The notes: generated from the sequence alone by a model not told the origin. 22,767 bases of DNA from an uncultured Verrucomicrobiales bacterium (GCA_938091905.1 CALKOM010000187.1:1-22767); one strand, 5' to 3'. Counted from the first letter of the stretch, positions 7,426 through 17,165 are shown. Translations and numbers: made by a program.

Positions 7426-9318
7426 TCAGCAGGAACGCCCACCTTCATTCTCTACGCCGGGCACTACTGGCAATGGTTCGACTGCAGGCTCTAGCACTCC
7501 TTTAGCCTTCGGCCACGCGGCGAAGGCTTCGAAGATCATCCAGGCCTCAAGTGCGATCGTCGCGAAAGCGATGAAGACCAGGTGCCAGCTCCGCATGGCA
7601 ATCCAGCCTTGATCAGCCCCGACGGCCTGGACAAAGAGTTGGTGGAGCATGGCCCAACAAGGGAGAATAAGCATGAAGATCGTTGGGATAGCCACGAACC
7701 AAATGGGCAAACGCCGACGCCACATCCAGAAAGTGATGACGAGGAAGGCAAGTCCACCTAGCAACTGATTGGTCGCTCCAAAGAGTGGCCACAAGAGAAG
7801 CCCGCCGGTTCCCGGCCCTTTGCCAGGACCCCCAGGCGTGTAGGCCATGGCTCCAGCTAACACGATGGCAAAGATAGTGGCGCCATGTTTATTTGATAGC
7901 CAAGTAAGAGGATTGGCAGTCAGGGCGATGCCTGGCTTGGGTGCGGTAGCCGGCTCGCGCTTGATAAACGTCCCCGCAAGCTCCTGAATGACATAGCGTT
8001 GCAAACGACAGGCCGTGTCGAGTGTCGTTGCGGCGAATGATGCCACAAGCACTCCCATCAAGGCGACCGCAAATCCACTGCCCAGTCCGAGCGCTTTCAG
8101 AAAATTCGCAGATCCGTCGACAAACGCCCCAACCTTCTGCGGAAGGCCAAGAGATTTCCAATCGCCATAGCGTGACGTCCAGGCTTCGCCGCCTAACAAA
8201 GTTGCGCCATCCGCACCAGCCACTCCGAGGCCAAGACCGGCGGCGCATGCCAGAATAACAATGACCGCGAGAAAGCCCTCGGTCAGCATAGATCCATAGC
8301 CAATGAATTGGGCATCCGTTTCACATTTGAGCTGTTTGCTAGAAGTTCCTGAGGAAACAAGACAATGAAATCCACTAACAGCGCCACAGGCAATGGTAAT
8401 GAAAAGGAATGGAAAGAGTAATGGGGCACCTGGAGCGGATGCATTGTAAGCCGGCGCAGCAAGTTCAAGCGGCGGCCGAACATCGCCCACTGGTGCCCCT
8501 CCCATCGTCGCGGCAACCAGAATGCCGACGACAACCAAAGCGAGAGCCGAGAGCAATTGCAGGCTATTAATGAAATCTCGCGGTTGGAGTAACATCCACA
8601 CAGGCAAGACGGACGCCAGGTAGCTGTAGACGAGCAAGACGGCGACCCAAGTTGTGAGGGGCCAAGCAGCCAAACTCGTATTGAAACTCGCCAGCCAGCC
8701 GACATTCCCGTAGCCGATGGTGAGATACATGAGTCCTAAGGCGATAAGTGATGGCACTAGCAAATCGACGCCTTGGCGGTGCAACCAGATGCCAATGATC
8801 ATGGCGAGGGGAATCTGAACAAGACATGGGAAGATCGCGGCGGGGTAACTCTTGAAGACCACCGCGATGACCAGCCCGAAAATGGCTAGCACAATAGTCA
8901 ACGCCATGAAGAGAATGAGGAGGAACAGAATCCGCACACGCGGCGTGAGCACGCGGCCGGCGATGTCACCAACTGTTTGACCACGGTTTCGCATGGAGAC
9001 GACGAGCGATCCGAAATCATGGACAGCACCGAAGAGTATCGACCCAAACAGCACCCAGAGGAGCGCTGGCAACCAACCCCAGATCACCGCGATTGCTGGT
9101 CCCACAATGGGTCCTGTACCCGCGATCGAGGTGAAATGGTGACCAAAGAGGACCGACTTATTTGTCGGGACGAAATCCTTGTCATCGTTCAAGGCCACAC
9201 TAGGCATGGCGGCATTGGGGTCGAGCTTGAAGATCTTTCGCGCAAGCCAGCGCCCATAGGTGTGGTAAGCGATGATGTAGAGGACCAGCGAGCCTAGGGC
9301 GATGAACAGGGGTGTCAT
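7426..9318 (-). CDS. cstA: Carbon starvation protein A (CstA family transporter)
   Basis: 630 aa polytopic membrane protein with LFGHHFTSIAGTGPIVGP, FITIACGAVSGFH, GYGSMLTEG, TTLDTACRL and LWPLFGATNQLL. Confidence 0.95.
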   Translation of the reverse strand: MTPLFIALGSLVLYIIAYHTYGRWLARKIFKLDPNAAMPSVALNDDKDFVPTNKSVLFGHHFTSIAGTGPIVGPAIAVIWGWLPALLWVLFGSILFGAVHDFGSLVVSMRNRGQTVGDIAGRVLTPRVRILFLLILFMALTIVLAIFGLVIAVVFKSYPAAIFPCLVQIPLAMIIGIWLHRQGVDLLVPSLIALGLMYLTIGYGNVGWLASFNTSLAAWPLTTWVAVLLVYSYLASVLPVWMLLQPRDFINSLQLLSALALVVVGILVAATMGGAPVGDVRPPLELAAPAYNASAPGAPLLFPFLFITIACGAVSGFHCLVSSGTSSKQLKCETDAQFIGYGSMLTEGFLAVIVILACAAGLGLGVAGADGATLLGGEAWTSRYGDWKSLGLPQKVGAFVDGSANFLKALGLGSGFAVALMGVLVASFAATTLDTACRLQRYVIQELAGTFIKREPATAPKPGIALTANPLTWLSNKHGATIFAIVLAGAMAYTPGGPGKGPGTGGLLLWPLFGATNQLLGGLAFLVITFWMWRRRLPIWFVAIPTIFMLILPCWAMLHQLFVQAVGADQGWIAMRSWHLVFIAFATIALEAWMIFEAFAAWPKAKGVLEPAVEPLPVVPGVENEGGRSC

Positions 9319-9409
9319 GTGGACAAACTAGACGGATCTCACCGCAACACGCCAGCGCGAACGATGTTCACTTGTCAGCCGCTCAGGGCTGTCTTAACTA
9401 TTCTCAACT

Positions 9410-9871
9410 ATGAAGACTGTGGTCAGAACAACTCAATTATTGGTATTATCAGGCTGTCTTAGCGCATTGGTTGCTCAAGATGATGCCAAAGTGAATTTCG
9501 AAAAGGACGTGTATCCCTTTCTCAAGAACAGCTGCGTGGATTGCCACAAAGCTCCTTATATCAAAGAGGGACGGACACGCCCGACCAAGCCTAAGGCTGG
9601 CCTCCGCTTTGATTCAGCTTTTGGACTAGTCAAAGGCAGTAATGACAATGCCGTCATCGTTCCAGGTAAGCCCGAGGAAAGTTCTATACTCCAACGCACT
9701 ATGTTGGACGAAGATCATGACGATTTCATGCCACCCAAAGGCGATGCGTTGACCGACGATCAGAAGAAAGTCCTTGAGAAATGGATCAAACAAGGTGCCG
9801 ATTTCGGTGGTTGGAAAGGCAGCGAGGAAGCTCGACCAGACGACGCCAAGGATACTTTTGAGACCCAATAA
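9410..9871 (+). CDS. Secreted planctomycete-type cytochrome c domain protein
   Basis: Signal peptide, VNFEKDVYPFLKNSCVDCH (CxxCH), KAGLRFD, VIVPGKPEES, MPPKG (axial Met), WIKQGA. Confidence 0.9.
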   Translation: MKTVVRTTQLLVLSGCLSALVAQDDAKVNFEKDVYPFLKNSCVDCHKAPYIKEGRTRPTKPKAGLRFDSAFGLVKGSNDNAVIVPGKPEESSILQRTMLDEDHDDFMPPKGDALTDDQKKVLEKWIKQGADFGGWKGSEEARPDDAKDTFETQ

Positions 9872-9894
9872 GTTTACTTAGAATTCGAACCCCA

Positions 9895-9953
9895 ACAAGC
9901 CCCTTCCTGCAAGGCTTCGTTTTCGACGATGCCCATCGCGGCGAGGGGCTTGT
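9895..9953. terminator. Long imperfect hairpin between convergent genes (terminator or REP-like)
   Basis: Outer stem ACAAGCCCCT/AGGGGCTTGT (10 bp) encloses the inner stem GGCTTCGT-TTTCG-ACGATGCC. It starts 24 nt after the cytochrome c stop. Confidence 0.55.
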
Positions 9954-10050
9954 CGTGCCTACGTGTTGCTCCTCGCGTCAAAGGTAAGCCAAACCACCCG
10001 AACTGATGGCAATTGAAGCGACAATGACACCTTGCCTCGTCAATGAGACA

Positions 10051-12495
10051 TCATGAGGTGGACTCTCGAAGGGTCCCTTCGGTTACACCCAATCTTTCGG
10101 TCGCTTCCAGGTGATCCAAGGTCGAAAGTAACGATGCCTCGCCGCTTAGAAGCTTTTGATAATGGCGAATCGTTCTCAATGCCTCGTCATGGGTTTCCGA
10201 GAGAAATTCCAAACGGAATCGAGACAATCCCACAGCCTGTATATCGCGAAAGTAACGTGCGCCAGTCTGGGCACGTCCATTGAAAAGCGTGTTGCGACAG
10301 CCAACGTCAGCGGTGAGGGTATGGAGTTGGCCAACTCGATCCTTGAGTTGCACCTTATGTTTCTCACAAGGCCGCCCACAATCTTTGTAGTCGGTTCCGT
10401 CTGACATGAAGGTGCAAAAAACGCAGTGCTCCATGTGAAACATCGGCATGTGTTGATGCAATGTCAGCTCAAACCAATCAGGGTTGGCTATACGGAGTAG
10501 GTCGAGAACCTGCGATATATTGAGATCATAAGACACCGTTAGGTATTCGAAGCGCACCCGGTCCATCAATAGCTGAGCCGTCAATGGATTGGCTACATTG
10601 AGCGAGAAATCTCCGATCAACGGTAGAGCTGAATGTTCCTCGAACCAACGAACACCGCCAAGATTGCGAAGAAGAACGCCATCAGGTTCTGTACCTGCAA
10701 TGAGCTTGAAGTATCCTGACTCCTTTGTCTTTTGAATCCGAGGCGTTGCGAGATAAATCTTGCTCTGACTTCCGTGTTCACGCACGAGCGAGACAGCATC
10801 TTTATACCGGCGAAGATCTTCGAAATCACAATAGAGAGTCGGGATGTCCGCCTTCAAGGCTGCTTCGATCTGGGCAAGGCTGCGACACAGCACAGAGACT
10901 TTAGATGCCCGCTCGGACGGAGACTCAAGCTGGGGAAGCAGTTCGTCAAGAGTTGGTCGGGTGATGGTCTCGGCCGGTACTGACGGACTATTGTCCAGCA
11001 TCTCCACCAACCGACGACGCAAATCATTGATCGCCGAGACAGGCAGCATCACCTCACCATCCAAGCGATTCTCCACCGTGCCGAGTTCATAGCCTGTATC
11101 GCCAAGTCGCCCAAGTTGTTTGTGAAGAATGGCGTCATCCAAAGGGCGCCTTTCCGCCAATTCGAGCGGGTGGTCGCTGGCAACTTCAACGATACCACAA
11201 GACAATTTCAAAGAATCCCCCGCCTTGCCGGACACCACCACGTTCAACTTAGATCGCTTCTTGTTAGGCCGAGCTGACTTCCACCGCTGCTTCAGTTCCT
11301 TGTTCAAAACGGGATCATCCGTCTTCCAAATGGTCTGACCGGGCTTCACACGTTCCCAGTCTACTTGCGAGCGCCTGAGCAGATAGATGCGCGACCCTTG
11401 CAGTTTCCACACCCGTCCGCCTTGTTCTTCGTTTCGGTCTTCACCCGAGTCGAAAACGATGCCGTCATCCACCGCGAGAAGGACGTTTCCTGCGGAATCC
11501 AGTTCAAACCAACCATTCCCAGAACGGGCCACTTTCCCTAACAACGCACCACGCTTCTTTCCAAACTTACCATGAGTGAGGCGGGGATGGTTGGTTCCCT
11601 CGAGCCATCCGTTAGAAAGACCACGTGAGAAGGTCATCTCCAGCGCGTAACGATCTTCATGGGTCACAAGAGCCTCATCGATGGCCTTGCGGTAAACACT
11701 CGTCACTGCCGTGACATACTCAGGCGATTTTAAACGCCCCTCAATCTTAAAGGAGGCCACACCCGCTTTAATCAGGGAAGGAATCAGGTCGACCGCCGCA
11801 AGATCTTGTGGTGACAGCAGGTAACGCACCTCACCAAGTTCGCGTTCCTTACCGTCTACGACTAAAGTGTAAGGCATTCGACAAGCCTGCGCACATTCCC
11901 CGCGATTAGCCGAGCGTTGACCGAGGGACTCGGAGGTAAGGCATTGCCCTGAATAGGCAACACAAAGCGCTCCATGTACAAAAACTTCAAGTGGAACGCC
12001 ATCTTCATTGGGGAAGTGTTTGATCTCGTCAATCGAAAGTTCGCGAGCAAGTACTGCTCGCTTCAGCGGAAGGAGACTCTGCATAAAAGCCAGTCCTTCA
12101 GGCGAGCTGATGGTCATCTGGGTCGAGGCATGCAACTCTAGCTTAGGAGCAATCCTCGAAGCAAGATCCGCGATTCCGAGATCCTGTACAATGATCGCAT
12201 CCACCCCACAGGCTTCCATGTGGAGTAACTGCGTCTCCGCTTGCGGAAGTTCCCCCGCAAAGATGAGGGTGTTCATAGTCACGAATCCACGCACACCATG
12301 CTCATGCAGGTAGCTCATGAGCTTTGGTAGGTCTTCGTTAGTGAAATTATCAGCTCGCAAACGCGCGTTGAATTGCGGCAGACCAAAGTAGATCGCATCG
12401 GCGCCACAAGCGACCGCCGCCTTGGCACAATCCCAATTTCCCGCAGGGGCGAGCAGTTCAGGCGTTTGGCTAGGCGAAGCAGTCACTGGGCACAA
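10051..12495 (-). CDS. rlhA: Peptidase U32 family protein, RlhA-like Fe-S RNA hydroxylase with DUF3656-type region
   Basis: PELLAPAG, GADAIYFG, HASTQM, EVFVHGALCVAYSGQC...NRGECAQACR, SFKIEGRLK, QLGRLGDT...INDLRR, and C-terminal CVFC...CGRPC. The start may be GTG 12486. The symbol is inferred from length and architecture. Confidence 0.85.
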   Translation of the reverse strand: MCPVTASPSQTPELLAPAGNWDCAKAAVACGADAIYFGLPQFNARLRADNFTNEDLPKLMSYLHEHGVRGFVTMNTLIFAGELPQAETQLLHMEACGVDAIIVQDLGIADLASRIAPKLELHASTQMTISSPEGLAFMQSLLPLKRAVLARELSIDEIKHFPNEDGVPLEVFVHGALCVAYSGQCLTSESLGQRSANRGECAQACRMPYTLVVDGKERELGEVRYLLSPQDLAAVDLIPSLIKAGVASFKIEGRLKSPEYVTAVTSVYRKAIDEALVTHEDRYALEMTFSRGLSNGWLEGTNHPRLTHGKFGKKRGALLGKVARSGNGWFELDSAGNVLLAVDDGIVFDSGEDRNEEQGGRVWKLQGSRIYLLRRSQVDWERVKPGQTIWKTDDPVLNKELKQRWKSARPNKKRSKLNVVVSGKAGDSLKLSCGIVEVASDHPLELAERRPLDDAILHKQLGRLGDTGYELGTVENRLDGEVMLPVSAINDLRRRLVEMLDNSPSVPAETITRPTLDELLPQLESPSERASKVSVLCRSLAQIEAALKADIPTLYCDFEDLRRYKDAVSLVREHGSQSKIYLATPRIQKTKESGYFKLIAGTEPDGVLLRNLGGVRWFEEHSALPLIGDFSLNVANPLTAQLLMDRVRFEYLTVSYDLNISQVLDLLRIANPDWFELTLHQHMPMFHMEHCVFCTFMSDGTDYKDCGRPCEKHKVQLKDRVGQLHTLTADVGCRNTLFNGRAQTGARYFRDIQAVGLSRFRLEFLSETHDEALRTIRHYQKLLSGEASLLSTLDHLEATERLGVTEGTLRESTS

Positions 12496-12534
12496 GGTGA
12501 CGCCATCCTACCTCTCGTCCAGCAATGACTTCCT

Positions 12535-13185
12535 TTACAACTTGGCTGCACGTCGCTGGCCTTGCTCGTTCGTCTGCCAATAGTTGCCTGTCTCCACATC
12601 CAGGCAGGTCAGCCAGCCCTTCCCATAGGCCCAGGTATCAATGCAGATGGCATGACCGACGCTTAGGGGTTCGCCGGAGCGCTGAATCGTGTGCCCACAG
12701 ACCATCGTCTTTCCGGAAACGTGCGGGCGCGGTTTGCCGAATCGCTGCCAATAGAGCATCTCGTCTGGCTGAGCATAAATCGGTGCAGACGGGTCGGCAT
12801 TGGCATGAACAAAGAAATGGTTCTCCGTCTCATGAGTCGCGTTCACCTTCTTCATGAATTCCCAATGAGCCTCGGGAACCTCATCGAAACTCGATCCGTA
12901 AGAAGCCAACGATTCTTTTCCCCCAAACCCAAGCCAACTATTTAGACAGGTTTCCGAATGGACCGCCTCCAACATCATGATCTCGTGGTTACCTCGCAAA
13001 GTCACCACCTCGTGAGTTTTCCTCAGATTAAGGAGAAAGTCGATCACGCCTTTCGAGTCCGGCCCACGATCCACATAATCTCCTAGCGTGATGATGACAT
13101 CGTCCTCCTGAAAACCGACATACCGCGCCAATTGCTCCAAAGAATGGAGGCAGCCGTGGATGTCACCTATCGCAAGGGTTCGCAT
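12535..13185 (-). CDS. Metallophosphoesterase, PPP-type Ser/Thr protein phosphatase family
   Basis: Motifs GDIHG, GDYVDRG, RGNHE, FVHA, VCGHT and CIDT. Confidence 0.92.
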   Translation of the reverse strand: MRTLAIGDIHGCLHSLEQLARYVGFQEDDVIITLGDYVDRGPDSKGVIDFLLNLRKTHEVVTLRGNHEIMMLEAVHSETCLNSWLGFGGKESLASYGSSFDEVPEAHWEFMKKVNATHETENHFFVHANADPSAPIYAQPDEMLYWQRFGKPRPHVSGKTMVCGHTIQRSGEPLSVGHAICIDTWAYGKGWLTCLDVETGNYWQTNEQGQRRAAKL

Positions 13186-13239
13186 GGCGCACGTTAGGTG
13201 GAGTCGGGGTATTCATCAAGTGGGGGAGCTACCAACTAT

Positions 13240-14339
13240 CCGCGAAAATTCATGGATCCACGCAACTGCGAACCTCACCAGGATAAGTAGCCAAATCACG
13301 TGATTAGACAAAAATTTGGCTGAGTTACCAGGTAATAGGACCACTTTGGATGATCGATCTGATTGGTAGGCAGGGCGATAGGAAAGTCATGAGCCGACTT
13401 ATCGATACGTATGACCAAGCGAGTGCGATTGGCTCCGTTTAGCCCAACTGAAGTCGAGAAGCATGCCGCAGGTCTAGGTGGTAAATGGGGTCGCGAGATT
13501 TACAGGTACTCTACATGACGCTGGGTGGTGTCTCCCATTATCCTAAAGAACTGAATGCTGCTCGATTTATTGCAAAGAACATCGACTCCCTGTGCTTTCG
13601 ACCAAAATCTCCTTGCGAGAAGAATTTGCCAACATCTTTCACTGGCATGTTTGAACATGCCGAGCGGTACGTCGTTCTCATTTACACCCTCGCCTCGATA
13701 CCACATGGACTTACGCGTAAAGCTATCGAAACTGCTACAGCGCTTTCCTCAGGCGGAACACTAACAGAGGCTTTCTCGTAACTACAGGAATCTAAATTCA
13801 TCGAACTCATGCCTGGATGACTAAGGCACACAAAGTAGTTGTCTATTGCCTTATCGATGAGTTCTCCTGCTTCTATCTCAAGTGGATGAAGTCCAAGCCT
13901 CCCCAGAAAGCTGGGCACTGGCAGAACGTACGAAACTCACCCCGATAGCGAACGAAAATTGGCTACGCCTTTGAAAGTTTCTGTCATCGGCATATAGACA
14001 AACTCGAAGAAGTATTTGGAATCTCCAGTGTTCAATCCGAGGTCGCCAGCTGAACCTACATAGCCAAGAATGATCACGATCTAACCGGCCCGCATTTCGG
14101 TCTCCTTATTGATCGCAACGACGGTTGCATCAACGTGTGTGCGATGCAGTTCACCGACGACGCCTAAGCCATCAGTAAACAGTAGGCAGAAGATCTTAGA
14201 AGGAGGCACTATGTCTTTAGAGAAGTCAAACGTGCACGGAAATCGATCTTTTCCCTCATGGTCACCCTATGGCTGTCTGAAGAATGTAGCCTTTCACAAG
14301 CTCATTGCCGCCGAATTGACCATGGACGCCATCTTCTGA
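13240..14339 (+). pseudogene. Decayed ATPase (ATPase_2 type) fused to a DUF234-like PD-(D/E)xK nuclease domain
   Basis: Colinear fragments across frameshifts and stops: RMTKRVRLAPF (13408), LYMTLGGVSHY, NIDSLCF, GLTRKAI...LSSGGTLT, YCLIDEFSCFYLKW, GYAFESFCHRHI (13961), LLIDRNDGCINVCAMQF (14102), ELTMDAIF-stop (14339). The N-terminal Walker A was not found. The start coordinate is approximate. Confidence 0.8.
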
Positions 14340-14366
14340 CAACGAAGCCTGACATTTGCTAGAACG

Positions 14367-16136
14367 GTGCTAAACTTGCTCATGTGGCGACGTTCGTTTC
14401 TTCTCTTCGGGTATCTCTCCTTAATAATCATGACGACTTCTGTTGTTGAGGCGCACGACTTCGAGTGGACGCTACGCTCGCGGGACCAGTTAGCGACCAC
14501 CTTTGAGAAGCAGACCTGGGAGGCCGAGGAAACGGGCTTCATTGTCTGTGACATGTGGGACTACCATCACAGTGTGAACGCGGTGCAACGCCTAAAGGAA
14601 TTTGCACCGAAACTGGATCGCGTTCTTTCGGAGGCGCGGAATCGCGGAGCCACCATTATCCATGCGCCGAGCGATTGCATGCCGTTCTACAAAGAACACG
14701 CCGCCCGCCAACGTGCTTTGGCGGTAGCGTTAGCCGCCAACGCCCCGGAACGTATTGCTGAATGGTGCCATCGTATCCCCGAAGAAGAACTAGCCACCTA
14801 TCCCATCGATCAATCGGACGGCGGCGAAGATGACGATGTAGAAGCCCATGCCCGTTGGGCGGCTTACTTGGAGTCTATCGGGCGCAATCCTGGCACCCCA
14901 TGGAAACGCCAGACTAAGATGCTCACGATCGATGACCAATGCGATTTCATCGCGGCGGAAGGTGATGTTGTTTGGAATATCCTGGAGGATAAGCAGATCA
15001 AGCGAGTCGTACTCGTCGGTGTTCACACGAATATGTGTGTGTTAGGTCGCCCGTTTGGGCTTCGCCAAATGAAGCGTGCAGGCAAAGAAGTCATTCTGAT
15101 GCGCGACATGACCGATGTCATGTATGATCCTAACGATTGGCCTTATGTCAGTCACTTTGCCGGTATTGATCTCGTTATCGAGCACATTGAGCGTTGGGTC
15201 TGCCCCACCATCACCAGTGATCAAGTCATTGGCGGACAACCTTTCCGCTTCCGCAATGATCGCCGAGCCACTGTTGGCATCCTCGCCCCGACGGAAGAAG
15301 CATCAATGATCGCCGAGAATCTGCGCCACGATTTCAGGATTCACTGTTTGGGTGGTGAGGGGCCGGACCTCAACAACGCAGACCTCTATTATGTCATCCG
15401 TGAGCCTTTGGCTGCCATGGACGTTACAGCTCGCCCTATCGTTCAACTATCACCTATCTTGCGCAAGGGTGAATCGCTCAAGAATGACCACCCTATCCTG
15501 CAGGGCACAGATAAAACGGCGCTTCTGGCTTTGCGCGACGACGGAACGCCCGTTGTTTCAACGAACTCCCGTAGAATCGCTTTCAACAGCTGTTTTTGGC
15601 TCACGGGGCAAGCAGTCCCCGAGACAATGCCAGGATTATCTTCGCAATCTGACCGCCATTGGATTCTCAAAATCGTTCCCAAAGCGCTGGCTGAATTGCC
15701 AGAGAGCACCGACGCTTCTTGGTGGCGAGCCCTCATGCTCGTGCCACACTCGTGGAAAGAACGGCCGTTGAAGCTTCAATTAGACTGCTTTGGCGAGAGC
15801 GCTGAAGTTTATCTCAATGGGACGTTGCTTGCGTCTCGCTATCTCCACAGCGAACAGCTTCTGTTTGGAGAGCTCAATCATCTGGCTATCCACGTGAAAG
15901 GTGGCTCCAATGGGCAAGTTGGGGAAGACAGCCCCCCAGCACTGCATCATCCAAACGGCGAGGCGCTTTCTCTTAGCGGTCGTTGGCAAATGCGCCTGGG
16001 CGACGATCCCTCCTGGAAGGACTTCCCCATCCCGCCGCAGTTCGGCGCAAGCACGGACAACATCTTCGAGTTTCGTCGGTCTGGATTAGTCCCGGTCCGG
16101 GGGCTTGTTCCCAATCGCCAAGGAGCTGAGCGGTAG
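14367..16136 (+). CDS. Secreted isochorismatase/nicotinamidase-like cysteine hydrolase with C-terminal beta-sandwich (PVC-type)
   Basis: Signal peptide, GFIVCDMWDYHH, TIIHAPSD, VGVHTNMCVLGRPFG, LMRDMTD, HIERWVCPT. C-terminal WWRA...AEVYLNG...NHLAIHV...LSGRWQMR resembles sugar-binding jelly-roll domains. Confidence 0.8.
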   Translation: MLNLLMWRRSFLLFGYLSLIIMTTSVVEAHDFEWTLRSRDQLATTFEKQTWEAEETGFIVCDMWDYHHSVNAVQRLKEFAPKLDRVLSEARNRGATIIHAPSDCMPFYKEHAARQRALAVALAANAPERIAEWCHRIPEEELATYPIDQSDGGEDDDVEAHARWAAYLESIGRNPGTPWKRQTKMLTIDDQCDFIAAEGDVVWNILEDKQIKRVVLVGVHTNMCVLGRPFGLRQMKRAGKEVILMRDMTDVMYDPNDWPYVSHFAGIDLVIEHIERWVCPTITSDQVIGGQPFRFRNDRRATVGILAPTEEASMIAENLRHDFRIHCLGGEGPDLNNADLYYVIREPLAAMDVTARPIVQLSPILRKGESLKNDHPILQGTDKTALLALRDDGTPVVSTNSRRIAFNSCFWLTGQAVPETMPGLSSQSDRHWILKIVPKALAELPESTDASWWRALMLVPHSWKERPLKLQLDCFGESAEVYLNGTLLASRYLHSEQLLFGELNHLAIHVKGGSNGQVGEDSPPALHHPNGEALSLSGRWQMRLGDDPSWKDFPIPPQFGASTDNIFEFRRSGLVPVRGLVPNRQGAER

Positions 16137-17165
16137 TCGTTTCGTCACCCGAATCTTGCCGTTCACATCCGTAATGGACAGAGCAATGACAGGATCCTCG
16201 TCGCCCCAATCAATCTCGATCATGCCGAAATTAAACTCACGCACAACTGGGCCATGACGATTCTGGTTTGGCTCGACATCATCCCAGTCCTTGTTGATGC
16301 CACTAGAGGTGACATCATGCAATGGGTATAGGTCTTCCACATCGAGAACCGAGATCTCCCCCCAGTGCACATCGCCTGAGATAAACACGACGCCATGAGC
16401 TTTTGCATTTCGGATTGTTGATATCATCTTGAGCAACTCGTGAGGCAGGTTGGTCCAGGATTCCCAGCCGTTGTACTGGTGGCCGAACTGAATACTCGAA
16501 GCGATGATGCGCACATCTGCAGGTTTGCGCAGTTCCTCGGCAAGCCACGTCCACTGCGCCTGGCCGAGCAGCGTCTTGTCCGGGTTGGTATCAGGGTGAT
16601 AGTCATTCTTCCAAGACGATACGGTGTTGTGCGCGAGCGGATCTCGAAATGTCCGAGTGTCTAACAAGATAACTTGCAAGGTGCGGTTGTCCTCCTGAAA
16701 TAAGTGGCTGTGATAGATACCAGGATGCGATCGCCGGGCGCTTTCGACCGGCACCTTCCAAAAGTCGAGGAAGATTCCACGGCTGTCTTGTTTCTTGGGA
16801 TACTCTTTCCCCGCATCATTGGCGCCATAATCGTGATCGTCCCAGATAGCCAACGTGGGCACAGCGGCACGAAGAGCTTGAAACTCTGGCTTGGACCCGA
16901 GCTGGCTGTATTTGCCTTTTAGAACCTCCATGTCTTCGGTATCGCCATAGATGTTGTCGCCCAAGTAAATGAACACATCGGGCTGACGAGCCACAACATC
17001 CCGAAGAATCGGTTGCGGCTGCTCATGATCAGCACAGGAGCCAAACGCGATTCGAGAGGGCACCCCCTTGATGTCTGTGCTCAGTTTGATGTCCTGCGCT
17101 TGGCCGATAAAGGCAAGTGTTAGACTGAAGAAAGCAAAAGAAAGATAGTGGTGTGAGATCATCAT
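16086..17165 (-). CDS. phoD: PhoD family alkaline phosphatase
   Basis: IAFGSC, YLGDNIYGD, IWDDHDYG, LLDTR, LLGQAQWTWL, ISGDVH. The likely start is ATG 17165 (or 17183) before the signal peptide, rather than 17309. Confidence 0.93.
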   Translation of the reverse strand: MMISHHYLSFAFFSLTLAFIGQAQDIKLSTDIKGVPSRIAFGSCADHEQPQPILRDVVARQPDVFIYLGDNIYGDTEDMEVLKGKYSQLGSKPEFQALRAAVPTLAIWDDHDYGANDAGKEYPKKQDSRGIFLDFWKVPVESARRSHPGIYHSHLFQEDNRTLQVILLDTRTFRDPLAHNTVSSWKNDYHPDTNPDKTLLGQAQWTWLAEELRKPADVRIIASSIQFGHQYNGWESWTNLPHELLKMISTIRNAKAHGVVFISGDVHWGEISVLDVEDLYPLHDVTSSGINKDWDDVEPNQNRHGPVVREFNFGMIEIDWGDEDPVIALSITDVNGKIRVTKRLPLSSLAIGNKPPDRD

